Source of the DNA: an uncultured Acidobacteriota bacterium
GTDB lineage: Bacteria; Acidobacteriota; Blastocatellia; RBC074
Assembly: GCA_963796275.1 (NCBI GenBank)
Contig: CAWCKY010000006.1
Coordinates: forward strand, 2,432,001-2,496,000
Length of the DNA: 64,000 nucleotides
Direction: 5' to 3'
The position numbers were made by a program, and so were the translations under genes. Within the stretch, counting starts at the first letter, position 1. Each line of letters starts with the position of its first letter. The notes under the pieces are model-generated. The model did no database searches. It was not told the origin of the DNA and was given only the letters and a program-made list of their open reading frames with translations. This document shows positions 44,401 through 55,966 of the stretch, one piece after another.

Positions 44401-45024
44401 CCGCAAATTCTCCACATCGCGACCCATGGCTTCTTCATCGATTATCAGGACCCAGCACGCACCGTTTCGCCGGGAGGTGCCGGACATGCTTTGGCGCAGG
44501 CAAAACCCAGGACTGTTCAGCTTGAGGCGAACCTGCGGATGAGCAAATTGGTGGCCCGGGTGAAAGACCCCTTACTGCGATCAGGCCTCGCGCTGGCGGG
44601 AGTCAATGAGGGGAAGAGCGGAGAAGAAGATGATGGTTTGTTAACCGCACTGGAAGCTGCCTCGCTCTACTTGTCGGGGACAAAACTGGTGGTGCTTTCG
44701 GCCTGCGATACCGGTGTGGGAGAGGTGAAGAACGGTGAAGGTGTGCAGGGATTGCGGCGCGCGCTGGTCCTGGCCGGATCGGAGAGCCAGGTCATGAGTC
44801 TCTGGCCGGTTTCGGACGAAGCGACGAAGGATTTGATGACCCAATATTACAAGGTGCTACAGCAGGGGGAAGGACGGGGTGAAGGACTGAGGCAGGTGCA
44901 GTTGCGAATGCTGCGCGGGCGCAAGGATCAACGCCATCCGTTCTACTGGGCAGCATTTATTCAGTCGGGAGAATGGGCCAACCTCAACGGCAAACGAGAT
45001 ATCTCAGATCGTGTCGGTCAATAA
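41497..45024 (+). CDS. Secreted TPR plus CHAT (caspase-like) domain protein
   Basis: Hydrophobic leader, PPC-like beta domain, about 10 TPR repeats of about 42 aa (LG.EHP), HIATHG, LSACDTG, HPFYWAAF. Confidence 0.92.
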   Translation: MLRPHISSNQIRRSSRLIQCSLVLAISLLFVLVQAYPTAHYKEGEVEAYAEVINRGQKEEQALQLEQGKPIERELTGGQSHTYQISLKAGQYVKFVVDQRGIDVVVKLSGANGKSITEVNSETRTEGPETVSWVAEEAGSHRVDVLAQFKNAATGDYQIQVVELGVATESDRALSEALKLNSEFLRLFFAGKYDEARPLGERELKIREKTLGAHHRDVAQTADNLGRLCYFKAEYARSEEYFQRALTIREKVLGLEHPEVSRSLNNIALLYIAIGEYHKAELSYQRALDIHHKTLGVEHPDVAATINNIAKLYYYLGDYEKAEPLFLQARSIFEKALGPEHPNVTVVLNSLATIYRNRGNYAKAEPIYVHILDIREKRLGPEHPSLATPLINFANFYYERGDYEKAELMLDRVLAIREKALGAEHPDVARVLDNLADLYREKEEYAKAEVLYQRALAIREKILGPAHIDVARALNNLAEIYSEGKRDYAKAEPLYGRALDIVEESGGPEHPAAAEVLNNLANLYRERGEYARAEPLYRRALTIRENLLGQEHPEFTETLVDLARLNAAKGDYAQAIAILSRANAIDERIFTHQLAIGSERQKLFYLSLFSERTAFTLSLHSRAAPIDAQALDLSFTTLLQRKGRGLDVMTDTIANLRRQATPEVRALFERLTRARSQLASLKLTDSGASQLKTYRTRVKNLEGEIEKVEDALSKSNDSSSEAFRKQMQPVTLSAVQAALPSGSALLEFVYFTPRELTPEKSRRPRYLAYLLASQGQPKWVDLGEAKLIDRAIEAWRVALRDPNRTDVKRLARAVDERLMRPVRTLLSKMPGVTRQLLIAPDGSLNLIPFAALVDERNRYLIERYPISYLISGRDLLRLQSSEESKSAPLVVANPDFGRLASMATRGDPDTGKSQNGNQAQEQIDAARIFFQPLPGTEDEALAIKSLLPYATIFRRKEATETALKQVIGPQILHIATHGFFIDYQDPARTVSPGGAGHALAQAKPRTVQLEANLRMSKLVARVKDPLLRSGLALAGVNEGKSGEEDDGLLTALEAASLYLSGTKLVVLSACDTGVGEVKNGEGVQGLRRALVLAGSESQVMSLWPVSDEATKDLMTQYYKVLQQGEGRGEGLRQVQLRMLRGRKDQRHPFYWAAFIQSGEWANLNGKRDISDRVGQ

Positions 45025-45842
45025 AGCAGAGCATAATGAGTAATAATAATGCTGAGCGGTAAAAGGTTGGAGCAAGGCGGTGATACTCGCACTGCCTCTA
45101 AATCGCACCATGCAGAGCGCAGGCTGTCTGTTATCCGTTTAACCCTTTCCCAGTCCCCGTGTTGCATCAAGCAAAATCTAAAATGAAATATTGGGGCAAA
45201 TTCTAGACGAAATTCGATATAAAATTGCTTTCGCCTGCTCGGAGGAAAGGACAACGCTGGCGAGCGACCAGAGCGTCGTAGCAGCGTAGCAGGCGGTAGA
45301 CCGATGGGCTGCAGCCAAAAAGCCTGCGGCTCTCTCTTATTAACCTTCATCACTGCAATCACCGATTGCCTCTCTTTTGGTGTGCTGACGCTCGCCGACC
45401 TCTCCTTCTATACAACTTACCTACCGAGATTTCCGGTATAACGAGAATATCTATATGCTCAAATTTGCCACTAATGCATTGACTCCATGCTCATGTGGAG
45501 GCAAAATGTGCACCATTCAACGGGAAGTAATCGCTCAATAAGCCAAAGTGAAGTATTGCAACATCAATTGCTGAGCAAGATTTAAGGAACATATCTACTC
45601 ATAAGACAGGAGAATGTGAATCTCACCTTCTGTTGTTGGATTCTGTTTAAAGAAATCACTTTTGAGCAATGCCCCGGAAGTAACCGTGGCGCGCACGCTC
45701 ATGCCCGCGCGAAATGAACGATCATAGTTAGTAAATCTCCCGAATCGGCGGACATGACGCTGGTTGTTTCTCCGAGGGGGAGTGGATTAAAGCAGCGAGC
45801 TATTAATAAATAAACCGCTACGACATCAAAAGGAGAATATGC

Positions 45843-47396
45843 ATGCTCACCCTTGCAACTCGCTTGTTCACAATTATCATCGTCGCTTCTCTGTTATTCA
45901 GCAGTACGATCTCCGTTAGCGGTCAAACAACGCAAGCACGGATCAAGATAGACATTGACCGCACCATTGGCGAAGTTGATCCGTTACTGTTCGGCAATTT
46001 CGCTGAGCACCTGGGGAGGATGATATACGGCGGCATTTACGAGGAAGGCGGTTCATTGTCCGATGAAGGTGGCTATCGCAAAGACGTCCTCGAAGCTGTC
46101 AAGCAGTTGAACGTCTCGATTCTGCGCTGGCCGGGCGGTAATTTCGCCTCGGGCTACAACTGGAAGGACGGCATCGGGCCGAAAGATCAACGCCCGGTGC
46201 GGCCAGAACTGGCCTGGAATGACCTGGAAAGCAATCGCTTCGGGACCGATGAGTTTTTGAAGTATTGCGAAATGATCGGCACGGAGCCTTATATTTGCAT
46301 CAACGCGGGCCTGGGCACGATTGATGATGCGCGCCACTGGGTTGAATACTGCAACGAATCGCGCCACACATACTGGGCCGATCAGCGACGCAAGAACGGA
46401 CGCGAACAACCCTGGAAAGTGAAATACTGGGCGCTAGGCAACGAGATCGATGGGCCGTGGCAACTCGGCCACAAAAACGCTGAAGAGTACGCCAAGTTCG
46501 CGCTCGAAGCAGCCAAGGCTATGCGGTTAGTGGACCGCAGCATCAAGCTGATTGCCAGCGGATCGAGTAATTACGGGGCGGACTGGATTCATTGGAACCG
46601 CACCGTGCTGAATACGCTAAGGAATCAGGCCGATTACATTGCCATTCACACCTACATCAATAACCGCGACAACGATCTGGAAAAGTTTTTGGCGTGGTCG
46701 CAAACGATTGATAATTACATTGATGTCACCGCCAGCCTGATCAAGCAGATGCAATCAGGCCAGCAAAATCCGCGCCCTATCTATATTGCCTACGATGAAT
46801 GGAATGTCTGGTATCGCGCGTTCAACCGCGAAAAGCTCGAAGAGGTTTACAATTTTGAGGACGCGCTGGCGATGGGGATGTTTTTCAATTCTTTCTTCCG
46901 GCGCGCCGATGTGGTCAAGATGGCGAATCTCGCACAGATGGTCAATGTTATCGCACCGATTATGACCAACAAACAGGGGATGTTTTTACAACCAATTTAT
47001 TTCCCGCTCGCTGAATTTGCCAAACAGCGCGGCAATCAGTCGTTGGATGTGTATGTCTCCGCGCCGACCTATAAAGTCGGAAATCGCCCGCCGCTGCGCT
47101 ATCTCGACGTTTCGACGACCTACAACGCCACCGAAAAAACGATCTATCTCAACGTGCTGAATCGCAGCAAGGACAAAGACCTCGCAACACGAATTGATAA
47201 TCAAGAGGGTGCGTTGCAGGGCGAGGTCGGCGTATGGGAAATGAACCACCCTGATCTGAAAGCGACGCACACATTCGGCGATGACAAGAAAATCAGGCCC
47301 GCGATGCGCACGTTCTCCGCGTCGGTCGTCAACAATGGCTTCAGTTATACCTTCCCGGCGCATTCGCTGACGATTATGCGGCTGCGGCTGAAATAA
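45843..47396 (+). CDS. Alpha-L-arabinofuranosidase (GH51)
   Basis: [34 protein letters not shown]; signal peptide; AGGAG RBS. Confidence 0.93.
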   Translation: MLTLATRLFTIIIVASLLFSSTISVSGQTTQARIKIDIDRTIGEVDPLLFGNFAEHLGRMIYGGIYEEGGSLSDEGGYRKDVLEAVKQLNVSILRWPGGNFASGYNWKDGIGPKDQRPVRPELAWNDLESNRFGTDEFLKYCEMIGTEPYICINAGLGTIDDARHWVEYCNESRHTYWADQRRKNGREQPWKVKYWALGNEIDGPWQLGHKNAEEYAKFALEAAKAMRLVDRSIKLIASGSSNYGADWIHWNRTVLNTLRNQADYIAIHTYINNRDNDLEKFLAWSQTIDNYIDVTASLIKQMQSGQQNPRPIYIAYDEWNVWYRAFNREKLEEVYNFEDALAMGMFFNSFFRRADVVKMANLAQMVNVIAPIMTNKQGMFLQPIYFPLAEFAKQRGNQSLDVYVSAPTYKVGNRPPLRYLDVSTTYNATEKTIYLNVLNRSKDKDLATRIDNQEGALQGEVGVWEMNHPDLKATHTFGDDKKIRPAMRTFSASVVNNGFSYTFPAHSLTIMRLRLK

Positions 47397-47647
47397 TAAA
47401 GCGACGACGCGCATGTAGGTCTGCCCCGGCTTTGCCGATCGCCAGAGCCGAAACTCGTGTCCGCATTGCCGGCGCACCGCACCAGCGGCGACAGACAACC
47501 AGTACGATCGGCGTCAACAATAGCTTGCGCCTGCCGCCAATCGGCTCGTAGGTGGCGGACACGATCACTCCGATCAAGTGAATCAGTCAACAACACGACT
47601 TGTAATGCGATACGCCGTTATTCCGCATTTCAAAATCCGAATTGGCA

Positions 47648-50479
47648 TCACTCCTGGCGGAGCGCCTCAAGCGGGTCTACTTGCGCCGCCTTGCGCGCGG
47701 GCAGCCAGCAAGCAACCAGCGCCACCAGCAGTCAGCAGCGACGCGATGACGGCGAAGGTCAACGGATCAGTTCCCTTCACGCCGTAAAGCTGCTCGGCCA
47801 TCTGTCGCTGCCAGGCATCTGCTCGCGAAATATTGGCTCGCCAGCAGTCGCTTCAAGGCATACCCGCTCAATGCGCCGACAGCCAGTCCCAGCAGCACCA
47901 ACTTCATTCCCTGCCAGATCACCAGCCGCAGGACGTCAGCCCGTTGCGCGCCAAGCGCCATGCGAATGCCGATCTCGTTCGTGCGTTGGGCGACCGAATA
48001 GGCCAACACGCCGGACAGTCCGATGGCCGCGAGCAAGAGCGCCAAGCCGCCAAAGAAACTCAAGAGCCGCGCGTACAGGCGTTCCTGCCCCAGCGTGGCC
48101 TGCGCGCGTGCCGTTTGCGTGCTGATTTCCGTGACCGGCAGATTGCTGTCCAGTTCGCGCACGACTTGACGCACCGTGGCGGCGAGCGCGGTCGGTTCGC
48201 CCGCCGTGCGCAAGGCGAAATACATCTCGCCGATCACTGTCGCCTTCCTGCTGCCACGGCGTGTAGAGCAGCGGCTTGATCTCTTCGCGCTGGCTCATGT
48301 ATTTGGTATCGGCGACGACGCCGACGATCTCGACTTCGCGCTTTGCTATCGATTAATGTGACGCGCTTGCCGAGCACGTCATCGTTGGGGAAGAACTTGC
48401 GCGCGAAGGTTTGATTGACGATGGCGACTTTGGGCGCGCGCTGGTCATCTTGCGCCGTGAAGCCGCGCCCACGCAGCAGCGGGATTTCCATCGTCGCAAA
48501 ATAGTTCTCGCGCACCATCTGCCGCATTGGTGTCGTGCTTCGCGGCGGTCTTTTCCGTCTCGCCGGGCAGCAAGATGTCGTTGAACCAATTGTCATTCGC
48601 GATGAGCGGGACTCTCCCGAACGTCGCCGCGCGCACGCCGGGCAGGTTATCCAGCCGCGCAAAGAGTTGCTGATAGAACTGCAACAGCCGTTCGTCTTTG
48701 TACCCGCCCTGCTGCGGCTGCAACCGGAAGAGCAAGAGGTTCTCCTGATTGAAGCCCAGGTTGACGCGTTGCAGATTGTAGAGCGTGCGGATGAACAAAC
48801 CCGCGCCGACCAATAACAACAACGAGAGCGCGACCTGCGCGACGATCAGCCCTTTGCTCAACCGCGACACCGCGCCCGTCGTGCGGCGGCTCTGTTTGAG
48901 CGCCGTCGCCAAATCCAGGCTCGTCGCGCGCCACGCGGGCGCCAATCCGAACAGCACGCCGGTCAGTAGCGAGACGGCCAGCGTGAACGCCAGCACACGC
49001 CAATTCAGACTGAGGTCAACGCCGCTGGGCAAGATTCCCGTGTCTTTGTCGGTCAGCGCCAGGAGCGCGCTCTTGCCCCAGAAGGCGAAGAGCACGCCGA
49101 CCGCGCCGCCCAACGCCGCGAGCAGCACACTTTCGGTCAGCAGTTGCCGGATCAAACGCCAGCGCCCCGCGCCGACCGCCAGCCGCACGCTGATCTCTGC
49201 GCCGCGCAAGGCCGCCCGCGCCAGCAGCAGGTTCGCCACGTTGGCACACGCAATCAGCAGCACCAGCGCCACCACGATGAACAGTCCATAGATGGTGGGT
49301 GAATAACGTCTGCGGCTGTCCAGCATCCCACGACTGCCGGATTCCGCGATCAGGCGCGGATAATCTTTCGGTTCGAGTTGCGCCGGTTGATTCGCTTTGC
49401 GCGGCGGCGGCATGACTTCCAACGCGGCGGCTTGAAAAGCGCCGTTCAAGCTGTCGCGCGCCTGTTCGTAGGTCGCGCCCGGTTTGAGCCGCCCCATCAA
49501 ATTCAGCCACCAGACGCCCGGCTCGTTCGCCGTGCCCAAGTCTGCTGTGCTCACCCTGCAGCAACGGCTCGCAGGCAAGCGGGACGGTGACGGCGGGGTG
49601 ATAATCCACTTGCAATGTGCCGGTGAAGGCGGGCGGCGTGACGCCGATGATGGTGAAGGATTGCTTGTTGAGTTTGAGCGGCTGGCCGATGACGGCCGGG
49701 TTGGCGCCGAACCGCTCCTGCCAAAACTGATGGCTGAGCACGACCACCGGCGCTGCGCCTGGCTTGTCATCTTCGTCAGTGATCGCGCGTCCCAAGCTCG
49801 GTTGCACTCTCAGCCCGGCGTAATAGCCGCCGGACACGGCTTGCCCGTTGACGATCTCCGCCTGGTCGCCCACCACCGCAGTCAATTCACGGATCGGAGC
49901 GAAGGCAAAGAAATCGCTGAGCGGGCTGTCCGGCGCTTGCGGCGTGCGCCTGGCGCATCTTTTCAAAGACCTCGTAGCGAAACAGCGAAAGCCCCCGTGT
50001 GCCCGGCGGCGCAGGCACGTACGAAGTGCCGCTCATCCCACTTATCTCTGAACGGGCGTCCGGCTTGCCATTCAAACAGCACCAACCGCTCCGGCTCAGC
50101 GACCGGCAAGGTCTTGAGCAGCACGGCATCCACCACGCTGAACAACGCCGTGTTCGCGCCGATGCCCAGCGCCAGTGAAAGCACGGCGACCAGCGTGAAG
50201 CCTTTGTTCTTGAGCAACATCCGCACGCCATAACGCAGGTCTTGCCACAGTTCTCCCACCAAACGGATCCCCCACACATCCCGGCTTTCTTCTTTAACCC
50301 GCTCGATACCGCCAAAACTGCGTATTGCGGCGTAACGCGCCTCTTCCGGAGTCATCCCACGAATAATGTTCTCCTCAATCTCTCTCTCCAGATGAAACTG
50401 CAATTCCGTTTGCAGTTCATCTTCCAATTTTAGGCTTAAAGAAAAGTGCCCGTAATCGCAGTCTTAGCTTGTTGAGCAT
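47648..50479 (-). pseudogene. ADOP-type (MacB/FtsX duplicated) ABC permease with about 9 frameshifts
   Basis: [61 protein letters not shown] are spread over successive frames. Confidence 0.85.
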
Positions 50480-50495
50480 GACCATAACCTTTCAT

Positions 50496-50842
50496 TCAGG
50501 ATGTTTTCAAAATCATTTCCAATGCCCCGGTGGATCGTCGCCACGTCTCAGTTTTCGACAACAATTGTTTCCGCCCGGCGGCGGTCAGTTTGTAATACTT
50601 CGCTCTCCGGTTGTTCTCCGACGCTCCCCCATTCGGAAGCCATCCAGCCCTGCCTCCAGCCGGTGTAACGCCGAATACAATGATCCCTGGCCTACCCGCA
50701 GTGCATCCTGCGAAATCTGCTTTATGCGCTGCGCAATGTCCCATCCGTGAGTCGACCCGGACTGAAGCGTCTTGAGCACCAGCAGATCGAGTGTTCCCTG
50801 TAACAAATCGGTTTGTGCCGTTTTCTTATCCCCCCTCGACAT
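50496..50842 (-). CDS. PadR family regulator (acidobacterial type), frameshifted near 50625-50650
   Basis: [42 protein letters not shown]; directly upstream of the ADOP permease. Confidence 0.85.
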
Positions 50843-50999
50843 CCGTCAAGGCAGAGGGTAGTCGACGCGTTGTCGGATGTCAACAGGACGTAGGAAAGGA
50901 GATACAAAAGCCGACGGGCAGTTTCTGCCACGACGGCTTGTTGTTGACTTCTACTTTTGAAGTAACCCGACCATATCAATTCGCAACGGTCGTATGTAA

Positions 51000-51692
51000 C
51001 TAAAAAATTCCAGCCTCGTTTATGGGCGCCAGATCGGTGAAGATGAAACCATCGCGCTCAACACAATCTCCAATAGTGAATTCGACCGGGCGATTAAACA
51101 TCGGGCCGTCAAAGGCGAAACTGTGAAATTCCCCATTCTCGCCGCACGGATCAACTCCATCGGGCAACGCTTCCAGAAAATCGGCATTGTATTCTCTCCC
51201 GGCCAGAGTCGCTGGCAGAAGGCCCGGATCAATGCAGGTAATCTGAGCGCGGAGTCCTTCGTTAATCATCTCCCGCGCCAGCTGGTCGGTTGGCCGACCC
51301 CATAAGGGGAAAAGTGGCTCGATTCCCGTTCCCTCCATCATTCGCTCGCGATACTGGCGCACATCACTCAGAAACAGATCGCCAAATGCGATGCCTTCAA
51401 TGCCATCCGCCTGCGCCGCGCCGAACGCCGCGCGCATGCGTTCTTCGTAGACTTCGTTGCTGCAAGGGAAGGGAAGACTGATCAACCGCAATGGCAGCAT
51501 GACATCCTCGGCCTGACGTCGCAGCAGCTCCGTCCTGACAGCGTGCATCGCCACCCGATCAAATTGCTCATTGATGGTTGTGAGAAGCCCAGCCACTTCC
51601 ACGTCCGATCGCTGACGCAGCGCGTGCAATGCCCATGCGCTGTCCTTGCCACTGCTCCATGAAAGCAGAACTCTTTTTCTCTCAACTTTCAT
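51000..51692 (-). CDS. PP-loop ATPase (diphthine-ammonia ligase/DUF71 family)
   Basis: SWSSGKDS, FGDLFL, DPCGENGEFHS. Confidence 0.9.
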   Translation of the reverse strand: MKVERKRVLLSWSSGKDSAWALHALRQRSDVEVAGLLTTINEQFDRVAMHAVRTELLRRQAEDVMLPLRLISLPFPCSNEVYEERMRAAFGAAQADGIEGIAFGDLFLSDVRQYRERMMEGTGIEPLFPLWGRPTDQLAREMINEGLRAQITCIDPGLLPATLAGREYNADFLEALPDGVDPCGENGEFHSFAFDGPMFNRPVEFTIGDCVERDGFIFTDLAPINEAGIF

Positions 51693-51829
51693 TAATACGC
51701 CTTATCAAAAGTTATACCATCTCCGGGTTAGCTATCAATCCACCGAATTAGCGGTCGACCAACTAACCCTCATCAGATTGCTTATATTTTTGACATTCAG
51801 TTTGGTCGTTTAACGCCCATGCCGAATTG

Positions 51830-52150
51830 CTGCGTAGCGGCAGGGATGAGTCTAATCGGGCGTTTCAACGCCGGCACCGGCATTCTTCGCAGCGTTAGCG
51901 GCGATTGAGTGTAGCCGTGGGTTTCAACCACGGTAGACATGTGAGATTGTCCCCGCGTCGCGTCAGCGACGCTTGACTCAACCGTCGCTGACGCGACGGG
52001 GAGCCTTTCCTGGCTTTCCGTGCGTTAAAACGCACGGCTACATTCACGCCGTCGCTACGCGACGAAGAAGGTGTATATTTCGTACGAAAGTTTGGGCAAT
52101 GACAAGGCGTTGAAACGCCGGGCTATATCCATAGCATCGCGTCGCGGCGG
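51830..52150. repeat. Nested REP cluster (REPIN-like)
   Basis: Inner cgtcgcgtcagcgacg / cgtcgctgacgcgacg, middle gtagccgtgggtttcaaccacgg / ccgtgcgttaaaacgcacggctac, outer ggcgtttcaacgcc / ggcgttgaaacgcc. Confidence 0.8.
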
Positions 52151-52525
52151 AAGCGAAGGAGGCAATCTTTGTAAAACCGATTGCCTGAAGCCCAATAAGC
52201 GAAAAGAAAGAGGCCACAACTCTCGACGCCGTGAGACCACCGGCACGATGGTTGACAACATGGTCGAGATACTGGAAGACTCTGCCCGGACAATTATGAT
52301 TTGCGTTCGATTCAACTGTTGGGGACTCGTCTTTTGTCAAAAAGCTCAACGACCAGTACCGGTGACGCTGGTGGGCGCTCGCCGTCGTTATCGTCGAGTC
52401 AGCTTCGGGATGACCGAGAAACACACCACCGAGACATTAGCCACCCGGATGCAGGAAGACGATTTTGACTTCAAATCAAAAAGAAAGAAGAACCGACTGC
52501 TTGATGATGCAACTGATTCTGGCGT

Positions 52526-55500
52526 ATGAATATCTCGAAGCTCCTGATAGCCAATCGCGGTGAAATCTCTATTCGTATCGCGCGCGCCTGCGCCGAACTC
52601 GGGCTGCGCTCGGTAGCCGTCTTCTCGCAAGATGACGCGCAGTCGCTGCACATCCGCGTGGCAGACGAAGCGCTCGGGCTGCGTGGGCGCGGCGCTACAG
52701 CCTATCTCGACATTGCGCAACTTATCGCGACGGCCAAAGAAGCGGGGTGCGAAGCCATTCATCCGGGGTACGGTTTTCTGAGCGAGAATGCAGCATTCGC
52801 TCGCGCTTGCGCCGAAGCGGGGGTGATCTTTGTCGGACCACGCCCTGAAGCGCTTGAGCTGTTCGGCGACAAAACTGCCGCGCGCGAGCTTGCTCGGCGT
52901 TGTGACGTTTCGGTTTCCGAAGGGACAGATGGCGCGATTACTCTCGACGAAGCGCGTGATTTCTTTTTATCGCTCGGCGCGGGTCGTGCTGTCATGGTCA
53001 AGGCGGTGATGGGCGGTGGCGGGCGAGGCCTGCGGGTGGCTGCAACCGTGGCGGAACTTGAAGAAGCCTACGCGCGGTGCCGATCTGAAGCGCGGGCCGC
53101 CTTTGGCCGGGATGAGATTTATGTCGAGGAATTCATCTCCGGGGCGCGTCACATTGAAGTGCAAATTGTTGGGGATAGCACGGGGCGTGTGATAAGCCTC
53201 GGCGAGCGGGAATGCACGATTCAGCGCCGCCATCAGAAGCTCATGGAGATTGCTCCGAGTCCTGCGCTGACGGTTCCGCTGCGAGAGCATATCTGTGCCG
53301 CTGCGACGCGGATCGCCGAAATCGTGCAGTACACTGGTCTTTGCACTTTTGAATTCCTGTTGGACAGCCGCGCCGGTCGTTTTGTTTTCATTGAGGCCAA
53401 CCCGCGTTTGCAGGTGGAGCATACGGTTACCGAAGAGGTCTACGGCGTTGACCTGGTAAAAACGCAGTTGCGCATCGCCGAGGGAAAAACACTCGAGGAG
53501 ATCGGGCTGGCGCCGGCACAGTCACCCCTTGGATACGCAATCCAACTGCGCGTCAACCTGGAAACGATGCAGCCCGACGGCGCCGCACTGCCTTCGAGCG
53601 GGACGATTACATCTTACGCTCCACCTTCAGGCCCGGGCGTGCGGGTGGACGGATACGGTTACGCTGGTTATGGCGCCAATGCGAGCTTCGATTCGCTGCT
53701 CGCCAAGCTGATCGTGCATGCGCCGGGGGCGGAGTACAAGGAAGCAATCATCCGGGCGCGGCGGGCGCTCTCCGAATTCCAGATCGAAGGCGTCTCCACC
53801 AACCTCGCCTTCCTCGCGGCGCTACTCGACCACGCGGATGTCGTGGAGAACCGAGTGACGACGCGCTGGCTGGATGCGCACGCCGCTCAATTGCTAAGCC
53901 AGGCAGCGAACGCAACGCCGCGACGATTCTTTCCGAAGGCGGAGACGAATTCCGCCCATATGGCGAAACCTACGCCGATCGAGGTGCTCGGGGGCGCATT
54001 GCCTGTGCCCGCACCTATGCAAGGGGTGGTCGTCTCGCTGGAAGTGAAAGAAGGCGACCTGGCGCGACCCGGCCAACCAGTCGCTGTACTTGAGGCGATG
54101 AAGATGGAACACGTCGTCACCACCGAAGTGGGCGGTATTATCCGCCTGGTGGCGGCCACTAGAGGCGAGGTGATGTCGGCGGGCCAGCCGCTCGTCTTCA
54201 TCGAGGCAGCCGAGATGGAGGCAACCGCGTCAGTGCAGGAAGATGAGGACAATCAAGATGCCATCCGCCCGGATTTGGCTGAGGTGAACGCCCGACACGC
54301 GCTCACGCTCGACGCGGCCCGGCCTGAAGCGGTCGCGCGCCGTCAAAAGTTGGGGTTCCGCACGGCGCGGGAGAATGTGGAGGACCTCTGCGATCCCGCA
54401 TAGCTTTATCGAATACGGCGCGCTCACCATCGCGGCGCAGCGCAGCCGCCGCTCGATGGAAGATTTGTTGCGCTCGACCCCGGCAGACGGACTCATCGCA
54501 GGAATCGGCACAGTCAACGCCGCGCTCTTCGGGGAAGAAAAGAGTTCCTCCATGGTCATCGCTTACGACTACACGGTGCTCGCGGGCACGCAGGGGACGA
54601 TGAACCACAAGAAACAGGATCGGATGTTTCAGCTCGCGGCGCAAACTGCGCTGCCCGCTCGTGCTCTTCGCTGAAGGTGGCGGCGGACGGCCCGGCGATA
54701 CGGATAAGATCAACGTCGCTGTCGCCGGTCTCGACATCGAGACCTTTCAGGCATTCGCGCGCCTGAGCGGGCTGGTTCCGCTCATTGGCGTCGTTAACGG
54801 CCGCTGCTTCGCCGGTAACGCGGCGTTGCTTGGTTGTTGCGACGTGATCATCGCGACCGAGAGCGCCACCATCGGCATGGGCGGCCCGGCGATGATCGAG
54901 GGCGGCGGACTGGGAGTTTATCAGCCCGAAGAGGTCGGGCCGGTCAGCGTGCAGGCGCCGAACGGGGTGATCGACGTAGTCGTGCGTGACGAGGCGGAAG
55001 CCGTGGCGGTGACCAAGCGTTACCTGTCTTACTTCCAGGGGCCGATCGCGGAATGGAATTGCGCCGACCAGCGCCTGTTGCGCCGCTTGATCCCGGAGAA
55101 TCGACTGCGCGTTTACGACGTGCGCTCGGTGATCCGCACGGTGGCCGATACGGATTCGTTGCTTGAGCTGCGATGCGAATTTCGGGTTGGGCATGATCAC
55201 GGCGCTCGTCCGCATTGAGGGGCGTCCGCTGGGACTGCTTGCCAACAACCCTATGCATCAGTCCGGCGCGATTGATGCTGACGAAGCTGACAAGGCGGCG
55301 CGCTTCGTCCAGCTTTGTGACGCTTTCGATCTGCCGATTCTTTCGCTCTGCGACACGCCCGGCTTTATGGTCGGGCCGCAAGCCGAGCGGGCGGCGCTGG
55401 TACGGCGCTGCTGCCGGATGTTCGTCAATGGCGCGAACCTCACTGTGCCGTACTTCACCGTCGTGCTGCGCAAAGGCTACGGGCTGGGCGCGCAGGCGAT

Positions 55501-55828
55501 GACGGGCGGGTTTTTTCACTCTCCGGTCTTCACGGTCTCCTGGCCGACCGGCGAGTTCGGCGGCATGGGCCTGGAAGGCGCGGTGCGGCTGGGCTTTCGC
55601 AAGGAACTTGAGGGCATTGCCGACCCGGCCGAGCGCGAGGCAGAATTCCGCCGCCGCGTCGAGGAGATGTACGCGCGCGGCAAGGCGCTCAGCGCCGCAT
55701 CGGTTTTGGAGATAGACAACGTCATTGATCCGGCGGAGACACGGCGATGGATCGTGAGCGGGCTGCGCGCTGTGCCGGCTCCCGCGCCACGCGAGGGGAA
55801 GAAGCGAACGCACATCGAGACGTGGTGA
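52526..55828 (+). CDS. Single-chain acyl-CoA carboxylase (BC-BCCP-CT); frameshifts near 54399, 54650 and 55180
   Basis: LIANRGEI, HPGYGFLSE, RLQVEH, EAMKM, DYTVLAGTQG, EGGGGRPGD, DTPGFMVG. Confidence 0.88.
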
Positions 55829-55966
55829 TCCCGGCCGGCTTACGATAGACGTACCGGGCTGTTCACTTTGTACAGACCGAGTGCGACCTGCACGCTCGGC
55901 GATTGATGAGGCGCAGAGCATGCGCCGATCGGAAAACGCGGGATTTGAATTACAGGAGTAGACAAT

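Noticed and set aside
41497-45024. CRISPR-associated Craspase (Csx29) or NLR-type defence protease
   Set aside because: There is no Cas7-11, CRISPR array or NTPase, and the N-terminal leader points to an exported TPR-CHAT.
45024-45843. ncRNA or small gene in the long spacer
   Set aside because: No convincing motif, RBS or strong structure seen.
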